A DNA stretch of 20,733 nucleotides, from positions 1 through 20,733 of the forward strand of contig NIVC01005220.1 of NCBI GenBank assembly GCA_002269645.1, read 5' to 3'. The position numbers were made by a program, and so were the translations under genes. Source of the DNA: Macrostomum lignano (lineage: Eukaryota). Shown piece after piece: positions 8,592-19,135 of this stretch. Each line of letters opens with the position of its first letter. The stretch's first letter is position 1. The notes below the pieces were generated by a model, which ran no database searches, was not told the DNA's origin, and saw only the letters and a program-made list of their open reading frames with translations.

Positions 8592-10553
8592 TCAGTCTTT
8601 AAGCCACGGATGCAGTCGAAGCACATCCGAGCGCCTTTCTCCATAATCGTAGAGTAGCTCCTCGCCTCGAGCAATGTCTCGAATGGCTTGGAAGACCAGA
8701 TGCGGTTTATTGTTTACATCAGCAACAATCGGCTTCAAGTTATTTCTTCGCCGGCTATGGTTAATGTACCGACCGACGTACTGGAAAGTGTTGGTTGCGT
8801 CGATGCAATAAGCTTGATCTCGCCAGGAAAAGAAAAACAAGAAGCAGCATGGCTTCCCTTGCTTTACAATATCTTCCTCCCGGGCGAGGCGTGCTTTTTG
8901 TCCTTGGATTAATTCTCCACCGTAAGTACAGACGACAGTGCCTTTTGGGAGGTCCGTACGGGCAAATGCCCCCAGACCCTCTGCGTCGACGCTACCGGCC
9001 TGAACCACGACGTTGCCGGTAGAAATCATTGTCTGTCGAACCACATCGGCCATAGTGAGTTGCCTCATAGACGCCATTTCGGTCGGCAGGGATCGCTCTG
9101 GACTCCCACGGCTAGCTCGGCCGTGAGGCGTCACGTGAAGGAGCGGCGTGCATGCTCCGTCCGGAGTTGTGATAGTGTCCGGGACTAGACGCTCGCGATT
9201 AGCTGCCATTGCAGGAGGGGCAACCGCAGCAGCGTGGCTATTTGAGTCCTCAGGCGAAGTCACAGTCGGCTCGAAAGGCGGATCATTGGACAGGCCATCT
9301 TTATTGGCTTCTCCTCTTTGGAGCCGAACGCTAAGGGGAACCTGACAGTGAAGAAAATGAAGAGGACAAATGATTCATAGTGGTAACGGCATACAAATGC
9401 AGATTAACCCCAACGCTTTAATCTTTGCATTGAATAAACATGCAACAAAATTGTTCCTAAGAACACTGTTTCACACAATAAACTGTGGACTTCATTTAGT
9501 TTGACCAACTTACTTCATTGGAGGTCGCCGGTACAGCGTCGGTAGATAAGGCGACGTCTATAGTTGCAGCAGCGGCAGACTCCGGGACCAGAAGCTCGCG
9601 ATTAGCTGCCATTGCAGGAGGGGCAACCGCAGCAGCGTGGCTATTTGAGTCCTCAGGCGAAGTCACAGTCGGCTCGAAAGGCGGATCATTGGACAGGCCA
9701 TCTTTATTGGCTTCTCCTCTTTGGAGCCGAACGCTAAGGGGAACCTGACAGTGAAGAAAAAAGTACATCATAATGGTTACAACATGCAATTAAAGATGAA
9801 CGTAACCCTTTGTTATTTTCATTAAACATACATGCAACCCAGCTGATGGTAAGATAATTGCTCTACACCATAAACCATGGGCCAGCATAAAAGACCCCAC
9901 CCCTTGTTGTTAATCCCTAATATTTCCTTTTGAGCAAAGTATCTAAAAGCTTTTATTTATTCATTTTTCACTTTCATCTTCTCAAATTTACCAAACATTC
10001 AACTTTTTAAGAAAAGTTGCGACCTGACCTGACCCGCGACCTGATGCTTTCAAGGTTACAGGCCGCAGCGTTTTAACAACAAAAAACCATGGACACAAAT
10101 TTTAGTTTAACACACCTCATTGGAGGTCGCCATTTCAGCGTCGGTAGCTAAGTCCGCGTCCATTGTTATAGCGGCGGCAGATTCCGGCAGGCTTTCAAGC
10201 GGCAAGGCTGGATTAAGATTTAGTTGAGGCCGGATGCCGTAAAAGGCCAACAACCGCAGGCCCTCAATTCTGTCATATGCCCTTGCCCTCGCATCAGCTA
10301 CGGCTGCACGGCCGACAACAAATGCTTCGCCGAAATGGCACAGCCGCATGTGTTGTCTCATATTAGAGGCGGCAAATGAGCTGCACAGCTGGCAAAGCTT
10401 TAAATCTCTTTTGCCATGCCAACGTTTGTAGAGAATGTAGGCTTCGACTCGATCGTAGTTTGCTGTATGCTTGCTTCGAGCGTGTCGAAGGAGGGTGGCG
10501 GACCGATTGGTGGAATAGTCACACATCGGGCAAATAAACTGGTCAGGGTCCAT
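8592..10553 (-). CDS. SETD8: Double C2H2 zinc finger plus PR-Set7/SETD8(KMT5A)-like histone H4K20 methyltransferase, 3 exons, about 472 aa
   Basis: Exons 10553(ATG)-10116, 9744-9514 and 9341-8592; GT-AG introns, both phase 0; 1419 nt in one open frame. SET motifs GLGAFA, VVCTYGGEL, YCIDAT, GRYINHS, GEELLYDYG and the SET8-diagnostic C-terminal HPWLK are present. N-terminal fingers are CPMC..HARSKH and CQLC..HMRLCH. The symbol is family-level, not an orthology claim. The frame is open upstream to an acceptor at 10631, so the start may be further 5'. Confidence 0.9.
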
Positions 10554-10819
10554 ATTGAATTGATTCAAGTTTTCAACGTAAACGTTTAGAGTAAAATTTA
10601 GTTCTCGATAAAACGTGTCGCGCAAACTTTCTGAAAATGAGGAAAAATCAAAATGAAACCTTTAACTACGGTGAAAGATGAATGAACTAGGCATCTTGGT
10701 AATAGGTACTTTACAATGCACTCTTAAAGACTGTCAGACTGAAAGCAAAGAAGGCATGTTCCGCTCGCTCGTAGTCTCAGGACAATAATAAAAGGCAGCT
10801 GAACAGATCAAATCAAATG

Positions 10820-10825
10820 TTTATT
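10820..10825 (-). terminator. Polyadenylation signal AATAAA of the zinc-finger gene
   Basis: AATAAA on the minus strand about 90 nt after the TAA at 10916, followed by T/G-rich sequence. Confidence 0.55.
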
Positions 10826-10915
10826 TGAAAGGTTGGGCGATACAACGGACTTGATAACGCATTACAGTCCCGAATTTCTGCATAGTAGCATTAGGTTGCC
10901 AGTCACACTGAAGTT

Positions 10916-11533
10916 TTAAAGCAAATCGAGTAGTGAAACGGAATTCGAAATTGTAGGATTTGCATTTTGTTGCAACGAAACGCTGGGAGAAGCTGGATTA
11001 AAAAAGCCATTGAAATCATTGTCTAACGTAGTTACACTACAACTGTGGCAGGGGCATGTACAATGGCTATCAGGGCAATTGAAAATGTTTGAACGTAAAA
11101 CACTTGGACCGGAGAGCTGTGAATCGGCACACTTTTCGGAGGGGTTCCTGGCGGCTAGTGATTGCAGCTTAGAAATTAAAACTTCAGCGTTTTCTTTAGC
11201 CTCGTCTAAGTTATAGGTAGATTGCGAATTTCCATTTGTCTTAGATTGCTTTCCATGTTTTACCCTAACATGGCTTGGTAAATTCGAAGTGATAACACTG
11301 CAAACAGGACACTGATAGAGGTAACCCGATTCGGTTCGCTTCTTTGCCTTTAAAAGTCCAAAAAGGCGGATTGTGGCATCAATTTGCTCTTCAGTGGCAT
11401 CAGGGTGCTTTCGATTGCAATGTACCTTGAAACCAGATGCGCGTCCTGTCCAAGCATTGCAGATCAAACAGGAAATCTGCGTATGAACCTGCACCATGTG
11501 AGACATTGTCCCGCGGGTGACATTCAAGAGCAT
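10916..11533 (-). CDS. Stand-alone double C2H2 zinc-finger protein with Cys/His-rich C-terminal patch (205 aa ORF)
   Basis: CLICNAWTGRASGFKVHCNRKH and CPVCSVITSNLPSHVRVKH, then CPDSHCTCPCHSC. It has its own stop and a downstream AATAAA. The start codon is uncertain (ATG at 11533 or a downstream Met). Confidence 0.8.
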   Translation of the reverse strand: MLLNVTRGTMSHMVQVHTQISCLICNAWTGRASGFKVHCNRKHPDATEEQIDATIRLFGLLKAKKRTESGYLYQCPVCSVITSNLPSHVRVKHGKQSKTNGNSQSTYNLDEAKENAEVLISKLQSLAARNPSEKCADSQLSGPSVLRSNIFNCPDSHCTCPCHSCSVTTLDNDFNGFFNPASPSVSLQQNANPTISNSVSLLDLL

Positions 11534-12211
11534 CGGGAAAACGTTGTGGGCTTATTATTATACTGCTTCCAGGGAGGTTAGGCAAATTAAGTCTTAATTT
11601 TTGTATTCTAAGACAATGACGGAGAGGAAATGCTTTAGAGTATAAAAAATTCTGAATCTCACATCTGAATCTCCTATCCTCTGATCGGAACCAGGTCTAT
11701 CTTCCAACATGAACATCCTTTCCTCTCAACTGAAACCCTCGAGTCCGAGTCAATAAGGCTACAGGCCAAGCAGGGTGCCATTAGTTAGTGTGGGCAGTTA
11801 CATTTTCAATCTCCCCAGCCAAGCCTAAAGTGCTGCTATAAATGGGATAATGAGTGCATGGCGGGATGGGTCACTGCTATTGCTTATGGTTAACACGTAA
11901 CAAAAGTAAAAGACAAAAATGTGTATATCACGATTACTAGTTCCACTTTTATTATACTTTCGCGCTATCTTTGAAGCAGTATGCAAATATACTATTGGCA
12001 TAGCGGGCGTCTAAACGCAGGCTAACATAAGAGAACTGACAAATTGCAGTGAGTGTCAAAGTGTAGTACAACGAAAAGGGACAAAAGTAAGACGCATATG
12101 CGCCTCTCGCTGCAACGACAGGCGACTGCATATAAATGCATGAAATATTAAGTAATACAAACGAGAGAATAAAACACATTCAAGAAAGTTGCTCGTAGTT
12201 ATAAATTTCAA

Positions 12212-12503
12212 TCAGTGAAGCAAATATCTAAAATTGTTAACAGAAGTATAAAAGAAAAATGAACAAGAAAAAATGGTGCTCAGTTAGCCGATTCTAAAAG
12301 TGAATCGTGGATCCCCTGAGCCACGAAGAGGCCGAACACCGTTCAGGGGGTTAATCCATAGTTCACTTTGCAGAGCAAAACAAATTCCACAGCACAGTAA
12401 ACAGTGCACAGCGGTCTTTTGCAGCATTGAACTAAGGATCAATCCCGCCACTAAGAGCGGGAAGCCACAGCAAGAAATGCAAAGCGGCCAGCTTTTTGAA
12501 AGC
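12212..12503 (-). repeat. 292-bp direct repeat, copy 2 (structured core 12274-12492)
   Basis: Identical to 8232-8523. Begins 163 nt after the transposase stop. Confidence 0.97.
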
Positions 12504-12666
12504 TGAAATACTGCTTACTTTGGTAGGCTGTAAACTTTACAGTAAATTTCTAAGAGAAATCGGTATACGTTTATAAACTGGTTTAGAATTTCATGTAAAC
12601 AAGCTAGTTTACATCCGAAATATGATTATCCTATGGATAACAGTTTCAAGTAATCGAGTTTCGGAA

Positions 12667-15457
12667 TTAAATACTATCAATCCATTCTTCATCTGACTCA
12701 GACTGCTCACGACTTGATTCAACGTCTGAATGACTCGGGGCTTCAACGTCATCTGGCTGATTTACGTTGGTACCAGCGTCGTTTGGATGCTGCGCATCAG
12801 CAGCAGCAGCTTCAATGCTTGCGTCAATGTGATCAAAGCGAAGAGCTTGAAGTTGCTTTAAAATAGTCTGAAAGAGGCATCGAAACTGGGCTGGCAATCC
12901 AGGTTGATGATGGAGTGTTTCACAGTGCTGTTCAAGTTTAATTTGAACGTCACGCCACTCTTGCACAATAATGATCTTTTCCTCCGCTAGACGATTCAGC
13001 TTGTGATACAAGTCAACCACCCGTCGCTTGAACCTCTCAGACACATCGATCGAAAGACCGAAGTAGAAGTCTGACTGGAAGTCGCGAAGCTGAATCATAG
13101 TGGGCACGCGAAGGCCTGGCGGAAGCGAGCGGGCGGCCATTCGAATGTCTGCATTTAAAGCCGCAACCTTGCGTAGACATGCTCGATTTTCTTTTTGTCC
13201 ATCTGAGCAGCCACTCTGACGGATCCAATAGAATCGTTCCAAAGCAAGTGCCTTAAGCTTTGCGTAAGGTTCCCTGCTCAATGGAGAGTCGCTATTGGGA
13301 TTTATGGCTTCTGCATGCCATTGTTGAGCAAGATTTAAAATGGCTACCTCAGAGATTCCGGCAGGAATAGTTAATTTGTTGTTCCGCATCAAATCGCCAG
13401 CTTGTAGAAGCAATTGCTCCATTTCAGCTGAACAAGACGCGGCTGTGCGAGTTATTAGTTTTAATCGAGCAGAAAACCAATTGGAGGCGTACAACAACTG
13501 ATTAGCATTGAAGCAATGCAAAATGTAAGACATACAAGCACTTCTGCGATCGGACCGCATGTACTTTAAGCTTTTACCAAACGGTCGTAGTGCAGACCAA
13601 GCGCGCTCCGTATTCTCCCCGTCGCAAAGACCCGCTCCAGGAGTTACCCGCACGGAGTACTTTAGTTGGCATTGTCTCTCGTGGCCCAGCACATGAAAGG
13701 CGTTCACAGCGCACGTGACACTGTTAAGCTGTACACCAGATGCTGACACCATGGACTTGACACGATTGGAAATGCGACAACCTGATTTTAGGAAAAAGTT
13801 TTTAAATGAATAAATAATTGAGCTTCGTGTCGCAGTACGCATGCACGTACATAAGTAAGCACAAGCATAAGTAAGCACACACTATAAGTGTATAGTGTAA
13901 ATAAGTGCAGCATGATAGAAACACGATAAAAATCAACTCACCAACATCATAGATAAAAATGAGATCCTTTGAGACGGGCTGTGTCATTAGGTAATGACGA
14001 AGAGTCTGTTCTGGATAGCACAGGCCCTCACCAGCTGTAATAATGTTGCAACCTGTCAGAAGCCTGTTATGCCGGCAAAATAAGCCAAAGAAACCGTTGA
14101 CATCGTGCTTGCTGGCCCTGATCACGGGTTTTTCTGTTCCAGCCTTCCAGTTAGTGCAGCCTTCTGCAGACACTTGTGTCGTAGGAGGCGGTACAGTTGC
14201 TGGTTCTACATGAATAAGCGGTGACGGCAATGAGCGTTCAGAATCTGGCACTAGACGTTGCTTCGAACCCATACTTTGTAGTCTTCGCCATCCAAATAGA
14301 GCATCAGCACAAACTACAGACTTCCGACTTGAATTTTGGTCAGGACACAAAAGACAACTAGCAGGCCAGCTTGCTGAACACCTCTGCAACTCTCGAAACC
14401 GCAGTAGGACTCCATTACGCTGCAATCTCTGATACACTCGATCGGCTAAACCAGGGTTCCAGCGACCTTGTCCTACGACGGAGCCTTTGAAAAGACAGGT
14501 AATTGCACGAGACAGTGGCAGTTGACCGTCAAAGCACAAGGAGTCAAGAGTTGATAGAAAGCTAATTGAAAAAAATGTTAACAATTCGCCAACGCGTGAC
14601 TCGCTTCCAGGAAAGTATCCTTTTGCTAGCATGGCATCAACTTTATCACAGGATTGGCACGTATAAATTCTGGCGCAAACAATTCCGTTGATGTCAATAA
14701 TCTGAATTTCGGATGATGTTGTATACTCAGAAGACAAGCTTGATTCGCTACAGCAGAATAGAGAGACAGGCTCTTCTTCTTGAATGTCTTCAAACATTAG
14801 CGATTGAGCCTAGGAAAAAGGGTTAAATTTTGTATGCGGTGTTATAAAAATATTATTCCGTACTAAGGCTATTAGCATTCTAAATACTTTTGTTTCACGT
14901 CAAATTTAATACAGCGTTATACTGCCAAATAGGCGTCATTGTTTTCTTCACAGTAAACTAATATCCTTAGAAATTGCAATTTAGATTTTAAAACAACTTA
15001 CATTCCACTGGAGGAACTTGTGAGCAGCAAAATTTCCATGCGTTATCTTTTTACAATCACTGCAGACATCGTACTGACAATGAACACATCGGAAAACTCC
15101 AGGCTGCATGTCGCAACGAACACAGCATTTTAACTCGAATGACTGTTTATAACCGGCAGTGTAACTTTCCACAATGGCCGTGTAGTCTTCCCATTCCGTG
15201 AATTTAGGCGGCTGTTCAAACTTATTACTAATCTGTTCAGGCATAGAGTCATGGTTTCCTGCACCCAGATCTTGTGAAAGACTGCCGCCAGTGACTGTGG
15301 AACACGAGGAAGCCGTGGCAATCGATGTAGTACTTTCCAATGCATTAGGCGCATTAGACGTTCGCAATATCCTTGGCCTTCCGCGTTGGCCAGTCATCAG
15401 TACTACTTCAGATTGTCTTTTTCTCGATTTCGCATTTAGTTTTCTTGACGAAATCAT
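12667..15457 (-). CDS. KDZ (Kyakuja-Dileera-Zisupton) family transposase with N-terminal CxC-type cysteine cluster, 3 exons, about 812 aa
   Basis: Exons 15457-15002 (donor GTAAGT), 14809-13942 (acceptor TTTTTCCTAG, donor GTGAGT) and 13781-12667 (acceptor AAATCAG); 2439 nt in frame. KDZ motifs VCADALF, GFFGLFCRH, IYDVGC (formed by splicing), NAFHVLGHERQC and GAGLCDGENTERAWS are present. The cysteine cluster reads CVRC..FRCVHC..CSDC..H..H..W and CQSC..GYFP. Confidence 0.92.
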
Positions 15458-16793
15458 TGCTGAAATTCGTGAGGATCATTCTGAATTGTATATTACATCA
15501 TATGCTAAGCTCAAAAGGTGTTTATCTATATCAGTGTCTTTTTAGAGCAGGTGCTTAGCCATCTGCTCAGCCACCTGCAAGGCAACCTGCTCAGGCATTG
15601 CAGCTCAGGCAGTGGCTGGCTTGGAGCATCAGCTGATTTGATTAAAGTTGATTAAAATCTAGCAGATTTATAGTCTATAATTTGTTATCCATAGCCATAT
15701 TGCATTGAGTTGTGTTTATAAGTATATAATAAGCAGCTTAAATTATTATTTGGTGTAATTGGGATGCTTTGGAATATGTTTTCTAAATTTTCCACTTCAT
15801 CTTGTATTCTTGATTGTTGTATTTTCTTACAAGTCTTTTCTGGGTCCTTATGTCTATGAAAAAGGGTAGGCCTACCTGCATATAGTGGCTCTTTGATTTT
15901 AATTTATAAATTTTAGATGTATACATTTTTTGTTTTAATAGTTGCAGTTTAATGAGCCACAACACAAATGCCCACAAAGTTTTTATCAGTTTTATTTTAT
16001 TTGGAATATTCCAATAAATTATAATATATAAATATATATTATTTATCCTAACAAAAAGAATTCTATATGAATATTATATTTACATATTTATAGTCACAGA
16101 ATCATGCACTGAAAAAGTTCTTCTTAGGCTTGATAACAATATAGAAACATATAGAAACTAATAGATAAAAGTCTTAAATAACATTTATCATTTTTGATAT
16201 TCTGTTTTTTAATTTGACTAAGAACATCTAAAGAAATCATACTTTTTTATTAGAATATTTAAACTTATTTAAAGGCAACAAAGGTACAAAAGAATAGGCA
16301 GCCTTATGGTCATAACATTATGGTTTTAACTTTTTTCTGTCAATTCACTAACTTTGAATTACCAATAGATTAAAAATTTAATAGATTATATGGCCATTAA
16401 TGTTTATATCTAATTATGCAAATACTATAATTTTATCTATAGTTTGTTTCAATCTTCCAAAGCTTTTTATTTGTTTTCAAAAGGTACACAAAGTTAATGA
16501 TGTCTTTTGCTTAAAAAAATGTTCAATTTTTTATAAAAATAGCTTTTTGCCAACTGATATTATACTAATCCAACATTTTACCATTCATTTTTGGCATTTG
16601 TTATTTGTCCAATGACTGGACAAATAGCCTTTTTGCTATTTGTCTGCTTAAATTGCTAACACAAGTATCTGTTTGTTTTATGATGAATATTCTAAATTTT
16701 TAAGACCTTTTCTTGTATATTAATTAATATTTTCTTATATACTGTTAGCAAAGCAATGTATTCAATTTGGCATAATTTTGTATATAAGACACA

Positions 16794-16955
16794 CTAGTTC
16801 CCAGTGAGCTCCGCGAAACCCACAAACCCAAGGACACGCGCGAAGCGCGTGTCCTTGGGTTTGTGGGGTGAGCGGAGCGAACGCGCGAGGCACAAAGTGC
16901 CGAGCATGAGGAACAAACAGCCAGCCAATGCGCGAAGCGCATTGGGTGGTCTGGC
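16794..16955 (-). mobile_element. Helitron-type 3' terminus (non-autonomous); 5' end not determined
   Basis: A perfect 23-bp stem 16819-16841/16845-16867 is extended by GCTCCGC/GCGGAGC (16808-16878). On the minus strand it is followed after 10 nt by CTAG and then T (16797-16793), matching the canonical hairpin-CTRR|T signature. Confidence 0.65.
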
Positions 16956-19135
16956 TTGTGACGAATATAATAATATGAGACGTGTGCATCGAAAAAATGA
17001 CAAGAAAAATCTCACAAAAACTGCTGTAACTTCAAAACTACAAGTGCGAATTTCACAAGTGAGGTGTCATTTTAAAGAGAAGAATCTGATCTATTTAACG
17101 AGTATAGTTTTGTATGGATTCACTGCGGAGAAAAGGAACAGGCTTCAGTTGAAATGTTTGTCTTAAGATTATGTCTTTACAAAAGTGCATTTCCTCATGC
17201 ACATTAAAACTCGAGCTAAAAATGTTCGAGGGTTATAGGTGCGCCTTACTAAGATGCATAACATTATTGGGTTGTTTTTTTCAATTGTATCAAAAAGTTG
17301 GCACTTTGGTTGCAAAAAATGCAAAAATTGAAAATGTACTTTTACAGTTTTTTGCATTTTTTTCTATACTGCTAATAGTTAAGCATACATACTATGCACC
17401 AATTGATGCGCAATTCAAAGATACACAAGTGTGGAAGTTTTCAATTCCTAAACATTTGAAATCAGAAAGTTATCGACGAAAGACTAAAAATCATGATCTC
17501 AAACTGATTTGAGGAAAAGTGCTCATTATAATTTTTGGAATATGGAAGAAACAATTCAACGCCGTCATCTAATTCCAAACTAACTGTACTTTAAGGTACT
17601 GCGATGATTTTTTTATTGAAAGAGCGAAACCTGTTTAAATATTTGAAAAAATGGAAAAAAAGTACCTTTTTTCATAGAAATACACTCTTTTGACTGCTTA
17701 ATCCGATTTCCAACAACAAAATAGTTGCTTTCCTGCTGGTGCAAACCGTTATTAGGGTGAATTTTCAAAATTGCATACTGTGCCAAAAGTAAACTGAAGC
17801 TTAATATTTATAAACATTAGAAACGGGACCACTAATGGGTATTTTACTTTGGTTACTTACTATGGACTAAACTGGCACTGGCAGAGACAGATTTGAGAGA
17901 AACTAATTGCTCCATTGTATTTGTATTTGGCTCCAGCGTTACAAATTACAATAGCTATTTCGGGGTCTAACCGGCTAAGTTATCAAAAAAGCTAGATACC
18001 AATCACCAGTTTCATCATCAGCTATACCTACCACGATTTTATAGTCACATGCAACAGTAATACCCTCCTTTAAAAGTTTTCAATATCTAAAATGATGTGT
18101 TAAATTTTATAAAATTTCATAAACAGTGAAATTTTAGCTGTTTACGTGCTGGTGGTTTGAACGTAGCTACTTTGTGCGAAAATACACTGTCATTAATACC
18201 GTACCTATTATTGTATTTATTGTATTGAAAGTTGATGTGTAAATTGTACTTTTCTATTTTTTTGTCATTCGTTATCGCACTCGGGCCGGCCTGCCTGCCT
18301 TGTGGGGTGTGGTGGCCTTGGCCACTTTCTCCCCCTTCTGCTAGGATCCAAAGCAAGCTTTCAAGTGTACATTTAATATTATCGATCGATTATTTAAAAC
18401 AAGCCTCTAGTGGCTGGTGTTGAGAGTGAGTGGCCTTGAGTGTACGCGAAAGCAAGAGGAAGCCCATGGGCGGACTATATGAACCTTCCTTTAGTGGAAA
18501 GTTGGGCCTTGTGCATTGGATAGTGTACGCTACACAAGACAGAAGGTAAAGAGAAAGAGAACGACAGGCTAGCCAATAGCGATAGCATGTGCTTCTTTCT
18601 CTCCAGTCCACTATGGTAGGGGGGGGGAGGGGGGTGTCATACGGCCCAACTCTAACCCCCATACCCAAAACAGCGTACATGTAGAATAAGAAGGGATTGG
18701 GTCCAGATAAGTCTTCCCAAATGTACATGTATGTACAAAGACAAACACAGACAAGAAAAATGGCTCTAAAAACCATTGTTATTGTTACACTGTGTGTCTA
18801 TTTTTATTAACTTGACTTTGACTTGTCTTTAGGCCCTACTCTAGCATGGTCAAGGATAATTACTGTTACTTCATACCTAATTTACAATTAATTGCATAAG
18901 ATTAAGAAGGAATAATACAATCGAGGTCGAACCCATGATCACTTGACCCACCCACCCATGATCACTTCTGATTCTGACCTACATGTATCTACTATATCCT
19001 GCCAGTTTCTCCAGTTTTATGGGTCTTGGTGTCGGTGATTCGAGCAATTCCATTACATTTTATCGGTGCAGTGCGTCTATTAATGCTTAGCTACTTGTAT
19101 ATGTGTTGCAGAACTTATGCTCGTAGTTTCCCTTC

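Larger units (their letters stand above)
8232..15600 (-). mobile_element. Putative KDZ/Zisupton-class transposon core carrying zinc-finger and SET cargo genes (termini not identified)
   Basis: Transposase, ZnF and ZnF-SET genes are co-oriented and compact, and an identical 3' element is shared by the transposase and SET genes. No TIR or TSD could be found by eye. Confidence 0.6.

Noticed and set aside
8294-8594. SECIS element with readthrough of the SET TGA
   Set aside because: The TGA falls exactly where SETD8 proteins end (HPWLKx), and there is no AUGA/GA quartet with an AA loop in the repeat.
8688-9748. Plus-strand ORFs overlapping the SET gene (and those overlapping the ZnF and KDZ genes)
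   Set aside because: Antisense shadows of well-supported minus-strand coding exons.
10631-11533. ZnF ORF as exon 1 of the ZnF-SET gene
   Set aside because: No convincing phase-1 donor before its stop, and it has its own TAA and AATAAA. Not fully excluded without cDNA.
15600-16790. Terminal inverted repeats of the KDZ element
   Set aside because: Manual comparison with candidate left ends (5700-5900 and 8100-8230) gave no convincing inverted match or TSD.
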